DNA of 64,000 nt from a virus (IMGVR_UViG_3300033075_000545:32001-96000); one strand, 5' to 3'; positions 36,896 through 47,589 are shown, counted from the first letter of the stretch. Program-made: numbers and translations. The notes: generated from the sequence alone by a model not told the origin.

Positions 36896-39598
36896 ATGCC
36901 CGAGATCGTTGACGCGACAGACCCCATTGGGTCTGCCGTGAAGCTCGCTCACCGTCCGCGACTGACACAACTGCAGATTTGTTGGATGCTCGCTGGGTGC
37001 ATCAGAATCCCGAGCGTATTTGCCGCAGCGCAGCGGAACCTGACAACACAACTGTTTGAACCTTCAGAGACGAAGTTCATTTTGCTTTGGCGAGGGGCAC
37101 TCGCAACTGCCGCGGATCATCGGGGGGCTATGCCGTCCGTGGATTCGGTTGCAAAAGACATCCTCGTCGTGAAGTGCGACGCGGAGATGGCCAACGACCC
37201 GACGGGCACGTTTTACACGCCTACGGTTCGACAAGCTGTAATGGGCGAGTCGGGTCTCCTAGATGAGATTTACATGCTGGCCGTTGGGCCAGAGACTGAG
37301 GTCGAAGCGTTTAAACTCCTAGCCGAGTTCATCAACGAGCGGGCCTCGTTCGATCCATTCCGTCGTGCTGTGATGGGGATGGGGCCTAACCAAAGCGTGT
37401 CGGATTTCGGCAAGATCGTTGATGAAGTCCAAAAACAGACATTGAACATTGTCGGTTTGGGACGAGATCCCGGCACTTTAGCTGTGGATGAGGAAGTCGA
37501 GTTTCGTCCTGAGTCCCCAAATTTGTTCACCACAAGGGTGAACTGGATGGACCAGATGTTTAATGGGGGACAAGCGCCTAATGAGTGTTACTCGATCCTA
37601 GCCGCAACCGGTGCGGGGAAGTGCCATGGTATTAATACGCCCATTTTGATGTTCGACGGATCTGTGAAGATGGTTCAAGACGTTGTGGTCGGTGATTTGG
37701 TAATGGGGCCGGACTCTCGACCGCGGACTGTGCTGTCGCTTGGACGCGGTCGAGAGATGATGTACCGCGTGACCGGAACAGACGAATCAAGTTACGTGGT
37801 GAACGAGTCGCACATTTTGAGTATCAAGATTACACCACGACGTGTGGGACAAAAGCATTGCGTACTAAATATCCCTCTACGCGAGTATCTTAAAGCAAAT
37901 GAGACATTTAAGCATTGCGCCAAAGGTTACCGCGTCGGCGTTGAGTTCGGTACTAAAACGCTTCCGCTGGACGCGTATTACCTTGGTTTGTGGTTAGCTG
38001 ACGGCTCCGTTGACGCGCCAACGATTCACAAACCGGATCCTGAAGTATTGGAGACCGTTACTACTATCGCGGAATCTTATGGTTTGCGTGTTAACACGAC
38101 CGGTCGTAATCGTTGCCCATCGCACCACCTGTCACGGAAGACGCGATCGGAGACAAACCGCTTACGCCAGAAGATGTCGGAAATGGAGTTGTTCAACAAC
38201 AAACACATTCCTCACGACTATCTGACAGCATCCAGGGATCAGCGTCTCCAGTTGCTTGCAGGCTTGGTGGACGGTGATGGGAGCCTGAGCCACGGAGGAT
38301 ACGAGTACAGCACGGTTTTGGAATCGTTGGCGGATTCCGTGCAATACTTGGCGAGATCCTTAGGGTTGGCGTGTCACAAAAAGCAACGAACGACGCGATG
38401 TCAGACGGGTGTGACTTGTGTGTCCTACAGGTTGTTTATTTCTGGTGACTGTTCCGTAATTCCTTGCCGCATCCCGAGGAAAATGGCGTCCCCACGTAAG
38501 CAAATCAAGGACGCGACTGTGTATGGCATCAAGATTGAACCTATCGGGGAAGGGGACTACTACGGGTTCACAATTGACGGGGACCATTTGTACCTTCTGG
38601 GTGATTTCACGGTAACACACAATACATCGATGGGTGTGCAACTGTCGTTAGAAGGGGCGATGCTTCAAGCATCCCTCGTAGATGAGATCGGTCCAGAAGA
38701 GGCAGGACACTGGTATTACTTCACGTACGAGTTGACACGGAAGCAACTTCAATCTCGGGTATACCAGTACGGCGCGAAGATTCACGCGGATACCTTGCAA
38801 CGGAACGAACCGTACAGCAGTTCGGTACGAAACCCAGGCGGGCTCAAGGCGTACGAACGGGATCCGTATGTGAATTCAGATCCTGATCAGATGTTGGGAG
38901 AGTCCGAGCGTGTCGCGGCGTTCACGAAACGTATGTCGGGGGTGAAGAATCGCCTCCATTTGGTGGATTACTCAGGGGCGTGTGAAGGTCACGGGAATGG
39001 GTACATCCCAGAAATTGCAATGTACTTGAAACGACAACAGTCGATGGGTCGGAAGGTTACGGGGTTTGTGATCGACTACGCGGGTTTGGTTGTGGAGCGT
39101 TGGATCTCAAGCCAGAGAAAATTAAAGCCGGACGACGCGTTTCCTCTCTTGTCGTCGTTCATCGACAACGTACGAAATACGATTGCCCTGCCGCTTGGGT
39201 GTACTGGTTGGATTCTGCACCAGTTGAAAGGGGCGGTTACCAAAAAGAGCGCGGGTACTAAGATGCACCACTCTGAAGCCCAGGGGTGTGCCAGCTTCGC
39301 CAACAACGCCGACTTCGCACTTCAGTGGGGTATGTACAACCGGGTAAACGGATTACTCACGGCAACGTGTACGAAACACCGTCGAGCCCCGGGAGTCGAA
39401 GACGGGATCATCGTTCAGTTCCGCGGCGAGTTCGGGGCCTTTGTCTCTCCGGACAAGGAGTATGCGATCGACCCGATGACGGGTGGATTCGTCCCGAAGG
39501 AATTCTTGGACAAACTCGACAACACTACTCAGTCACGAGGGCACGTCATGTCCGGGGCACCAATCGGTTCCCGGTTTGACCCGCTGGGTGACTTCTAG
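36896..39598 (+). CDS. DnaB-like (SF4) replicative helicase with an intein in Walker A
   Basis: Spliced AATGAGK|T, FTYE, VIDYA, LHQL, ANNADF, KHRR; directly upstream of the primase. Confidence 0.8.
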   Translation: MPEIVDATDPIGSAVKLAHRPRLTQLQICWMLAGCIRIPSVFAAAQRNLTTQLFEPSETKFILLWRGALATAADHRGAMPSVDSVAKDILVVKCDAEMANDPTGTFYTPTVRQAVMGESGLLDEIYMLAVGPETEVEAFKLLAEFINERASFDPFRRAVMGMGPNQSVSDFGKIVDEVQKQTLNIVGLGRDPGTLAVDEEVEFRPESPNLFTTRVNWMDQMFNGGQAPNECYSILAATGAGKCHGINTPILMFDGSVKMVQDVVVGDLVMGPDSRPRTVLSLGRGREMMYRVTGTDESSYVVNESHILSIKITPRRVGQKHCVLNIPLREYLKANETFKHCAKGYRVGVEFGTKTLPLDAYYLGLWLADGSVDAPTIHKPDPEVLETVTTIAESYGLRVNTTGRNRCPSHHLSRKTRSETNRLRQKMSEMELFNNKHIPHDYLTASRDQRLQLLAGLVDGDGSLSHGGYEYSTVLESLADSVQYLARSLGLACHKKQRTTRCQTGVTCVSYRLFISGDCSVIPCRIPRKMASPRKQIKDATVYGIKIEPIGEGDYYGFTIDGDHLYLLGDFTVTHNTSMGVQLSLEGAMLQASLVDEIGPEEAGHWYYFTYELTRKQLQSRVYQYGAKIHADTLQRNEPYSSSVRNPGGLKAYERDPYVNSDPDQMLGESERVAAFTKRMSGVKNRLHLVDYSGACEGHGNGYIPEIAMYLKRQQSMGRKVTGFVIDYAGLVVERWISSQRKLKPDDAFPLLSSFIDNVRNTIALPLGCTGWILHQLKGAVTKKSAGTKMHHSEAQGCASFANNADFALQWGMYNRVNGLLTATCTKHRRAPGVEDGIIVQFRGEFGAFVSPDKEYAIDPMTGGFVPKEFLDKLDNTTQSRGHVMSGAPIGSRFDPLGDF
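37622..38623 (+). mobile_element. Intein (334 aa) with LAGLIDADG endonuclease
   Basis: CHGINTPI..VNESH..YLGLWLADG..LLAGLVDGDG..YYGFTIDGDHLYLLGDFTVTHN|T. Confidence 0.95.
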
Positions 39599-39605
39599 GA
39601 CAACC

Positions 39606-40712
39606 ATGAGGCACGATCAACCAGTCTCGAACCCGGAGCTGGTGAGCAAGATGTCACAGCTCTTCGGGTCGGTTCAGGTGACACACGTTGGGGAGCCCTT
39701 AGAGGGGTACTACTGTCAGGACCCAGAGCGACCTGGGTCACAACGATTGAAGGTGGTGCGGTGGGGGGAACGGTACTTAGCGAACTGTCCGTTTTGCGGG
39801 GATAGCCGCAATCGGTTGGCGGTAAGTCATCGGTGTGGGATCCGGGACGAACAAGTGTTCTGGCCCAAGGATGATGGCTTTGGGGTGTGGCATGGATCGG
39901 GTTGGGAATTGTGGAAGTGCTTTAACGAGGAATGTCAGAAGGATCCGGAGAATCGCAAAAAGTTCCGTACAGCGATCAGTACGGCGAGGTTTGATGGTCC
40001 GCTGTTGAGAGCGACAGACGTCGCGGTACGAAACAAGCCAACGTTGGAGCCGTACGAATTTCCGGGATTAATTGTTCCGTTGACGGAGTTGCCGAACGGG
40101 CACCCGGCACTAAGGTATTTGGTGAACCGGAAATTCGACCCGGCGGAGTTGGTAGCAAAATGGGGCATCGGATACGCCGCGGAGGTCCCGATAAGGTTGA
40201 AGGAGTCGATGGCACAAGGTCGAATCTCGATACCTGTGATGCGGGATGGTGTCGTAGTGGGGTACCAGTTTCGATACCCAGACGACTTGGATTGGAAAGC
40301 AGCAGGGGTGATGAAGTACCTGACGTACTTTCCCAAATCCCTCACGCTTTATGGGATTGATGAAGCCGAGGGTGAGGGGATTTTGGTTTACTGCGAAGGT
40401 GTCACAGACGTGTGGCGGTACGGTCCTGGGGCGATCTGTAGCCTGGGTAAGGACATGTCGGCGGACCAGGTGAGTTTGTTGGTCAGTAGAGGGAAGACTC
40501 GACCGTTGGTACTCGTTCCTGATTGTGATGATCCGAAATCGGAAGAGGCATTTTTTAAGTCGGCTAAAGCGTTGGTACAGGCCGGATATCAGGGGAAGAT
40601 TGGGGTGGCTGAATTGCCGCCTGGTAAGGATCCGGCGAGTATGCCGCTGAGGGACTTGCGGTTCCTCGTGATTAATGCTGCGGCTAGCGCGGAATCGTTT
40701 GTTACTACATGA
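39606..40712 (+). CDS. DnaG-like primase
   Basis: Zn-binding CPFC..CF..C, TOPRIM CEGVTD and DCDD, KDP. Confidence 0.85.
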   Translation: MRHDQPVSNPELVSKMSQLFGSVQVTHVGEPLEGYYCQDPERPGSQRLKVVRWGERYLANCPFCGDSRNRLAVSHRCGIRDEQVFWPKDDGFGVWHGSGWELWKCFNEECQKDPENRKKFRTAISTARFDGPLLRATDVAVRNKPTLEPYEFPGLIVPLTELPNGHPALRYLVNRKFDPAELVAKWGIGYAAEVPIRLKESMAQGRISIPVMRDGVVVGYQFRYPDDLDWKAAGVMKYLTYFPKSLTLYGIDEAEGEGILVYCEGVTDVWRYGPGAICSLGKDMSADQVSLLVSRGKTRPLVLVPDCDDPKSEEAFFKSAKALVQAGYQGKIGVAELPPGKDPASMPLRDLRFLVINAAASAESFVTT

Positions 40713-40760
40713 CCTTCCGGCTCGGCACTGCCAGACCGGTTACTGTCACAGGAGCCTCTC

Positions 40761-43700
40761 GTGATCAACCACGCTACAGTGGATTTGGCATCTCCGTCTT
40801 ATCGCATTCGTTTTTTCGGTGGCCGTTCGGCCAAAGAAGTCGCAGACACCATGCCGATACTGCCTGTTGATGCTCCGGGGTTACCCCCGTTGGGGACATC
40901 ACTGGTTCAGTTTGCTCGGACGTTGGGGGATGCTTCCCCGGAAGTTGTTACTACCAAGGGGCGAACTAAGGCGAAACCGGCTCGTGCGCACGGACCCTGG
41001 TTGACTGCGCTCACGCGATCGTTGATCTACCAGAATGGGACGGCGGTGACACTGGACGCAGGGTTGGACAAAGTCAGTGTCCCGTTTATGACCGGAAGAA
41101 CCTACATTGAGGGTGACAACTACGTCGGCCCAGGGGCGTGCCGATTGATGATTATCGGTAAGTGTCTCGGGCGAACCGAGGTGGAGCAGCAAAAGCCGTT
41201 TTGTGGTGCCGGGAGCGAACCCTTGTGGCGGGCGTGGCGAGACGTGGGGTTACCGACTCGTCGGGGTGACGTTGGTGTGTATCTCACCAATCTTATTCGG
41301 TTCGAGCCGCCAAACGTGATGGGGACCAAGATTCCCAAGGAGTGGATGAACGATGGTGTTCACCTCTTGTACCAGGAGCTCGTCATTTGCCGCCCGGAGT
41401 TCGTGCTTGTTCTTGGTGCCGATGCTCTCAAAGCACTATTCGGTCACAAAGCTAAAGTCTCGGACTACAAGGGTCGTTTGGTGCCGTTGGAGATTGATTG
41501 TCGCCCTGATGTGAACTCTCCCGAGAACAAGTTTACGTGCAACGTCGTCGTCGCGGACCACCCGGCTGCGGTGTCACGGGATCCGGATCTTTACCCATCT
41601 CTGATTTCGTCGATGCGGTACCTGGCTCGGCATATGGGATATGGGGAGGCCATGGGTCAGGACCTGCCCACAGACTACAAGGCGGTACTTACACTGGCGG
41701 AGCTTAAATCTGCAGTTGCCGAGACGGTGCGAGAGTCCGCTAACGGTGGGTACGTTTCGTTTGACTGTGAGTGGGAAGGTGCACACCCAAAAGACCCCGA
41801 CGCGTATCTGTACACTGTTCAGTGGTCACACAAACCAGGACACAGTCGCGTTGCCTATCTACGTCGGTGTGGCGGTAGCGAGAATGCGGCTATGCCGTTA
41901 CATGGGGCCGTTCCTTTGTTGCGGCGATTGTTTTGTGACGCAGGGGACCGCGGAGCGCGGTTGGTAGGACACTTTGCCAAGGCGGACCTTCCGTGGCTTG
42001 AGTCAGTTGGGGTCGATCTGTACCCACATTTCACAGCACCTGTGGACGACAAAGACGCGGATGGGACGGAGGGTAGGTACTGGGATTGGCAGCGGTGCTA
42101 TGTCGAGGGTGCGTTCGATACGTATATTGCGGCTCACGCCGTGGATGAGAGTCAGCCTCGCGGGCTTGAGGTACTCTCGTCGACACTTCTGGGTATGGAC
42201 CGGTACGACGTTGATATCAGCAACTGGGTCGCAGAATACTGTAAGGCACAAGGCATTAAGCGATCCGCCCTTAAGGGGTACGGTAACATCCCTGAGGACC
42301 GTATGACTCCGTACGCAGCGAAAGACTGCGACGCAACGGGTCGGCTTTATCTGATGTACAACGGCGACCCGCGGAACGGGACTACAGGTCTTCTCGATAA
42401 GGATCGGTTTGGTAACAACTGCCGGCAAATCTTCGTGACGCGGATGCAGGCGTGGTCAGCGATTGCGGAGATGGAGCGGTATGGTATGGAGGTCGATTAC
42501 GAAGCCCACAAACGTCTTCGTGGGTACCTGTCGTCGAGACGGGAGGAGTTGATTTCATCACTTCGGAAGAAGATCGACTGGCCGGAATTTGATCCTGCCA
42601 AGCGTCTACAACGGTTGGAATTTTTGTTTGGTGAGCTGCACGCAACCAGCACCAACAAAAAGCCGCGACCTAATGGGGCTTTGAGTCTCTATTTGACACC
42701 GTATAAGGCTACGCAATCCGGCGGGGGGAAGTTGTGGGATGAGGCTTGCAAAGCCGCGGAGCATAACGGCCTCCCAATGCCTACTCCGGCTGCGGACAAG
42801 GAAACACTGATCACGTTGAGTCGCGGGAACCCTTTGGTGGGACAACTTCTGGACATCGACTACCTCGGTACGGCCATGAAGATCATGTTCCGGTTGCCGA
42901 CTGAGGTGACGAGGGTCAACGACGAGGATGAAGGGGAGGAGATCCACGACCGCGGGTTTATGCATTACGTCAACCACGACAATCGCATTCGGACGCGGAT
43001 AGGTCACGTGGAGACAGGTCGGTATTCCAGCAGTAAGCCCAATCTCCAAAACAACGTGTCGGAGGGTATGGACGAGAACTACGATCGCATTTTAGGTTGG
43101 GGGAAGAATGCACCAGAGGATAGTGAACTCCGTAAATTGGCGTTCAAGTCGCGCACCATCATGAAGGCACAAGATGGGTGGTTCATTGCGAACGCGGACT
43201 TGAAGGGTGCGGAGATCGCGATGGCCGGTTGGTACAGTGGTGATGAGAAGCTTATCGAACACGCTCGTCGGTCTACTCTGGACGAGTCGGATCTTGAGTG
43301 GTTGGACTTACATTCCGACCTTGCCGCCGAGGCGTTTGGGTTGAAGATTCCTTTGAAGGAAGTGAAGAAGCAGTTCAAGTCATTGCGGACTGCAGCGAAG
43401 CGTGCTCGATTCGGTCACTACTACGGCGCATCTCCAGATACGATCTGGCGACAGGTTACGGTCGAGAGTCCCGATGTGACGGTGGAACAGATTCAGAAGA
43501 TTGTGTCTGGTCACGACAAGATGTATCCGGTCCTTGCCGGATTCTTCGCAGCATGCCGTAGACGGTCTATGAATCCGGGATGGATGTGTAACGGACACGG
43601 CGGGTACCGACGGTTTCGTCAGGTTACTGATCGGGAGCTTCAAGCGGCCCAGGAACGTGAGGCTCAAAACTGGGCGTGTCAGGGAGGTGTTGCGGATCAT

Positions 43701-43985
43701 ATCGCTAAGGCGCTTGGAATTCTGTGGTATGACCTGAGAAAGGCGAAGATGCGGTCGCGGATCGTTTTGTCGGTTCACGACTCGATCATGGTCGAGTGCC
43801 CACCGGACGAAATCAAAATCGTCGCGGAAGAGATGCTACCCGCGGCGATGACGACGAAGACGCCCGTGGTTGTGACGTCCTTGGATGGAATGCCGTTACC
43901 CCGTGGGCCGTATTTCTTCGGCGTGGATGTGACGGTTTATCGGAACTGGGGTGACGAAGTTCCAGAATCTGAGTGGCGCCGTTGA
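40761..43985 (+). CDS. polA: Family A DNA polymerase with N-terminal UDG (family 4-like) and 3'-5' exonuclease domains
   Basis: IIGK..G..E...PF.G, YLTN, LGADA, HPAA (UDG); DCE, H..KAD, YAAKD (exonuclease); TGRYSS..PNLQN, D...AE, AK...FG..YG, VHDS. Confidence 0.92.
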   Translation: MINHATVDLASPSYRIRFFGGRSAKEVADTMPILPVDAPGLPPLGTSLVQFARTLGDASPEVVTTKGRTKAKPARAHGPWLTALTRSLIYQNGTAVTLDAGLDKVSVPFMTGRTYIEGDNYVGPGACRLMIIGKCLGRTEVEQQKPFCGAGSEPLWRAWRDVGLPTRRGDVGVYLTNLIRFEPPNVMGTKIPKEWMNDGVHLLYQELVICRPEFVLVLGADALKALFGHKAKVSDYKGRLVPLEIDCRPDVNSPENKFTCNVVVADHPAAVSRDPDLYPSLISSMRYLARHMGYGEAMGQDLPTDYKAVLTLAELKSAVAETVRESANGGYVSFDCEWEGAHPKDPDAYLYTVQWSHKPGHSRVAYLRRCGGSENAAMPLHGAVPLLRRLFCDAGDRGARLVGHFAKADLPWLESVGVDLYPHFTAPVDDKDADGTEGRYWDWQRCYVEGAFDTYIAAHAVDESQPRGLEVLSSTLLGMDRYDVDISNWVAEYCKAQGIKRSALKGYGNIPEDRMTPYAAKDCDATGRLYLMYNGDPRNGTTGLLDKDRFGNNCRQIFVTRMQAWSAIAEMERYGMEVDYEAHKRLRGYLSSRREELISSLRKKIDWPEFDPAKRLQRLEFLFGELHATSTNKKPRPNGALSLYLTPYKATQSGGGKLWDEACKAAEHNGLPMPTPAADKETLITLSRGNPLVGQLLDIDYLGTAMKIMFRLPTEVTRVNDEDEGEEIHDRGFMHYVNHDNRIRTRIGHVETGRYSSSKPNLQNNVSEGMDENYDRILGWGKNAPEDSELRKLAFKSRTIMKAQDGWFIANADLKGAEIAMAGWYSGDEKLIEHARRSTLDESDLEWLDLHSDLAAEAFGLKIPLKEVKKQFKSLRTAAKRARFGHYYGASPDTIWRQVTVESPDVTVEQIQKIVSGHDKMYPVLAGFFAACRRRSMNPGWMCNGHGGYRRFRQVTDRELQAAQEREAQNWACQGGVADHIAKALGILWYDLRKAKMRSRIVLSVHDSIMVECPPDEIKIVAEEMLPAAMTTKTPVVVTSLDGMPLPRGPYFFGVDVTVYRNWGDEVPESEWRR

Positions 43986-44009
43986 CATATTTTTTGCAGT
44001 GCGTACATT
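43982..44009 (+). promoter_or_regulatory. Sigma70-like promoter
   Basis: TTGACA-16 nt-TACATT upstream of a gene with an AAGGAG RBS. Confidence 0.5.
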
Positions 44010-44075
44010 ACCTGAGCCACCGTTTGGGTGGCGTAAAAAGAAGTCCCCGTTTAGGGGCAAAATAAGGAGCCGGTG

Positions 44076-45512
44076 ATGGCGATTTTCGATAAGCGCAATT
44101 TTCGCGATTCGGTTGGTTCGAACAATTCTGGTGACAAGTTTAGTCACCTCAACCCGATTGTTGTTCCCAACAAGGCTGTAGCTCGATGCCCCGAGATGGG
44201 CGGTGTGGGGACTACTGTTGTCTTCCTGCCATACCCCAACTTCGAAAACCCGAACTATAAGCGGGAACGGGATGTTCTGCCAGATCGACTCTCAGACGAT
44301 CCCGGTGACTGGGGGCCGTGGATGTTTGCGGCTACGGGAGTTTGGAAGTTCGGCCCTCGGAACATCACATACCTGTTCGACGATCCTGATGACGCTGGGT
44401 TCATTTCGTCGGAGCACAATCCGGCACATATGATCTATGAGGCCGCAGAACGGGCGGCGAAGCCGGATGCTCTCATCGAGACTCCGTTTGGTACATCGGA
44501 TACGGATCGTTGGGGCCTTTTGCTCAATGGTGGGAAGACGAACGAGCGAGAGATCTTCTCGTGTATTAGCCGCCCGCAACCGTTGGTGATGGCGTATGCC
44601 CTGGTTTACGCTTCCGGCAAGGTAACGTACATCAACGAGGGTCAGGCACTGGGTGGAGCCCAGGGCGACCTACCTGTGGTGTTTGTGATGTCCCGCTACA
44701 CTGCGGTCGAGTCAATGGGTCGGCCTCTGAACGCGACAGTGGGTGAGGACGACAATCTCCGTTATCGGCACAAGGACGTGACCGGCGTGAAGTACATTCA
44801 CTTCTACGACAAGAAGAAGCAAAACGCTCCGGCGCTTCAGGGACAGGCAGCGGCAATGGCTGCAAACGCGTTTGGCGGTGTTCGCCGCGCAACTAATCCC
44901 ATGGCACCGACTGAAGAGAAGAAGGACTTCGGTTTCGGGGTGTTGGTCACGGATACGTTCTCCGGTCGTGCTGGGGATCCTAAGCAGGACCGATCGTTGG
45001 CTGTTAATTATGCTTGTGCCACGTTGCGGCCGTGGGAGGAGACCATCAAGGGGTACACGCCAATTGAGGCGGCTAACCTGATTGCGACCCAGTGCGGGTT
45101 TCCGTTCTCGCTCTTGTACCACGCATGGAAGTCGCATCCCGAGTACTACCCTGACGAACTGAAGACGCGGCTTAAGAGTCCTAAGTCTGTGGTGATTGCG
45201 GCTCAGGACGTCCATCAGGATACACCCGCTCCGGTTGCGGAACACCGCACAGGCTTTAGCGGGTTTGTGGGTACGGTTCCGGCTACGACGGGTATGGACC
45301 CACACGCCGATGCACCGTGGGGTGGTAACATCGGCGATACTACGACGACGGAACCTGATGGGTTCCTGCACGACCAGGACGATGCGGATGATGGGGAGCA
45401 GGCGTTCGATCGCAAGAAGGCGGCTGAAGCCAATCAGCGTCTCAAGCAGTACATGAACCAACAGAACAACCCGACAGCTATGCGTTCGCGGGCTCAACAC
45501 CCGCCGAAGTAA
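44076..45512 (+). CDS. Hypothetical protein, candidate ssDNA-binding protein
   Basis: Between polA and recA; own promoter, strong RBS and terminator; acidic low-complexity segment near the C-terminus. Function is inferred. Confidence 0.6.
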   Translation: MAIFDKRNFRDSVGSNNSGDKFSHLNPIVVPNKAVARCPEMGGVGTTVVFLPYPNFENPNYKRERDVLPDRLSDDPGDWGPWMFAATGVWKFGPRNITYLFDDPDDAGFISSEHNPAHMIYEAAERAAKPDALIETPFGTSDTDRWGLLLNGGKTNEREIFSCISRPQPLVMAYALVYASGKVTYINEGQALGGAQGDLPVVFVMSRYTAVESMGRPLNATVGEDDNLRYRHKDVTGVKYIHFYDKKKQNAPALQGQAAAMAANAFGGVRRATNPMAPTEEKKDFGFGVLVTDTFSGRAGDPKQDRSLAVNYACATLRPWEETIKGYTPIEAANLIATQCGFPFSLLYHAWKSHPEYYPDELKTRLKSPKSVVIAAQDVHQDTPAPVAEHRTGFSGFVGTVPATTGMDPHADAPWGGNIGDTTTTEPDGFLHDQDDADDGEQAFDRKKAAEANQRLKQYMNQQNNPTAMRSRAQHPPK

Positions 45513-45522
45513 CACACGCAAC

Positions 45523-45550
45523 CTCCCCGGATCTGTGTCCGGGGAGTTTT
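45523..45550 (+). terminator. Intrinsic terminator
   Basis: ctccccgga-tctgtg-tccggggag followed by tttt. Confidence 0.8.
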
Positions 45551-45582
45551 CCGTTCCGATCAATTCGTAGGTGATCCAACTC

Positions 45583-46911
45583 ATGGCTAAGAGAAAAGGC
45601 TCGTCCCAGGCTTGGGACGCTGCGTCTGCGTCCGCGTATATGGCCGAGCAGTTTCGGGCTCAGATGGTAAAGGGTAGCGGCCTCCAAGACTCTGTTACCG
45701 CTGCGTGCGGCGATGTGGGTATGCCGTTGCGTCATCTTTGTTTGCGGTTGTTCTTTCAACGCACCTCGTACCCGTTCGAACGGACCATGATTGTGTTCGG
45801 GCCGACGGGGTCGAATAAGTCAACGTTCGAATATTACATGTACGACCAATGTCGTCGTATCGGCGGTATGTACCTTCACGTTGAGGTTGAAGACAAGGAC
45901 ACTCCGATCCTTCGACTTTCAATGACGGGGTATGACGCATACGCTGGCAACCTGTACCAGTGTCAGACGATGAATGACTTCATGTCTGCGGTGGACAGCA
46001 ACATCGACTTTTACAAGAAGACTTGCGAGGCGCAAGGCGGTCCAGGACGACGGATGCCGTTGACTATTGGTGTTGATAGTATCGTTGCGAAGCTGACGCA
46101 GGAGGCGTCGGACGTGATCGTTCGTAACGACGGTGTACCTGGACGTCGATTTGCGGATGAGGCCCGCGCTCTTTCGGATTGGTTTAAGTACATCCCCACG
46201 AAACTCCAAGGGTGGCCAATCAACCTGATCGCAATCAACCACGATAAGCCCAAGCCCGGCGCCCACCCAGGTATGGTTATTCACGGGTCCCCTGGAGGTT
46301 CCGCACCTAATTTCTATGCAACGTACCGGGTGCTGATGCAACGTACTAAGCAACTCAAGCAAACAACGTCAGGATGGGAAGGGAACCGGATCAAGTTCCA
46401 AATGGAGAAGAACGGTCTTGGGGCTGATAAGCAATCGTTTGAGGCAGAGTTGGTGTGGCGTCAGGTGGCGTGCAAGTCGCGGTCGGGTAAGGATATCATG
46501 GCCCAACAGACTCTGTGGAATTGGGATAAGGCCACGACGGAATATCTGTATGCAATCTCGGCGAAGAAGCTTGGGGCTCGCGCCGCGGCGATTGATGACT
46601 TGTTAGGTATCACAAAGTGCACCGGGGGTCGGTATGCGGCGCCGGGTATTGGTGTGAAGACGTCGGATCCGTTGCCTGCAACGGAAATGGGTAAACTCAT
46701 CGAGAACAGTCCCGAGCTGTTAGCGGCTCTTGAGCCGCGTCTGGGTATCCAACCTAGCTACGCGTTTGTACCAGGAATTGAATACCAAGAGCAGATCGCT
46801 GAAGCCGCGAAGATGGCCGACGATTTTCTTCCCGTGGGCGTTCTGGGTGAAGACATGAACGATGGCGAGGAGGTACAGGTATCCACGTCGGAGGAACCCG
46901 ATGGCGAGTAA
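45583..46911 (+). CDS. RecA/UvsX-like recombinase
   Basis: GPTGSNKST, EVE, VDSIVA, ARALS, INH, SPGGSAPNFYATYR, KN. Confidence 0.85.
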   Translation: MAKRKGSSQAWDAASASAYMAEQFRAQMVKGSGLQDSVTAACGDVGMPLRHLCLRLFFQRTSYPFERTMIVFGPTGSNKSTFEYYMYDQCRRIGGMYLHVEVEDKDTPILRLSMTGYDAYAGNLYQCQTMNDFMSAVDSNIDFYKKTCEAQGGPGRRMPLTIGVDSIVAKLTQEASDVIVRNDGVPGRRFADEARALSDWFKYIPTKLQGWPINLIAINHDKPKPGAHPGMVIHGSPGGSAPNFYATYRVLMQRTKQLKQTTSGWEGNRIKFQMEKNGLGADKQSFEAELVWRQVACKSRSGKDIMAQQTLWNWDKATTEYLYAISAKKLGARAAAIDDLLGITKCTGGRYAAPGIGVKTSDPLPATEMGKLIENSPELLAALEPRLGIQPSYAFVPGIEYQEQIAEAAKMADDFLPVGVLGEDMNDGEEVQVSTSEEPDGE

Positions 46912-47404
46912 CCGCTTTCCCAAGTTTCCTGGCAGTGGATTTGCTGCCGATAACACCGAAGACGCCGCCTGTCGTTGCGCCCTTCGTGTTATCGGGCTGT
47001 CCGCGGCGTTGTTCGCTAAAGTGGCTGATCTCCCGAGTGCGGCGTCCAAAATCACGTTTGCGAAGCTGTGCGACCCAGGACTGACGGCGTTCCCTGTACG
47101 TCCCTTAGTGAGCGGGGAGACTCCGGACGAACCGTCAGACTTGTTGAACAAGTTCCACAAATCCCAGATGCTTTCTGTTTGGGAGGCATCTGGACGTCCC
47201 AGGGTCGTCGTATTTCGTGGAGGGTCGTTGGGTCTATGCGTTCTGTACCCAACGAAGCAACCGCCTGCGAGGGCCCACATTTGTTTGGTCCACCCAGAGC
47301 GGTTCTTCATGGCGGTCGAGGAGTTTCGACCATGGTGCGCGGCTATATCCTCGTGGGATGGTGGAGAGCTAGCCGAGTACCGTAAGGTCTCGGAACCAGA
47401 CTAA
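46901..47404 (+). CDS. Hypothetical protein
   Basis: GGAGG RBS before ATG 46901. Confidence 0.6.
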   Translation: MASNRFPKFPGSGFAADNTEDAACRCALRVIGLSAALFAKVADLPSAASKITFAKLCDPGLTAFPVRPLVSGETPDEPSDLLNKFHKSQMLSVWEASGRPRVVVFRGGSLGLCVLYPTKQPPARAHICLVHPERFFMAVEEFRPWCAAISSWDGGELAEYRKVSEPD

Positions 47405-47589
47405 ATTACACTGCACTGACTGGCATAATTACTTGCTGGTCGGTGTGCTCCTGTTTACGGACTACGTTAGGAAGGACTTGAGAGAATTTTTAGATTTCTG
47501 TTCGCGGACGTCTGGACCAGGATCGATAACTGCTTATCATTCTCTTGGTCACCAATAGGTGGTGGCTCTCGAAAATGATTGGAGCAGTA

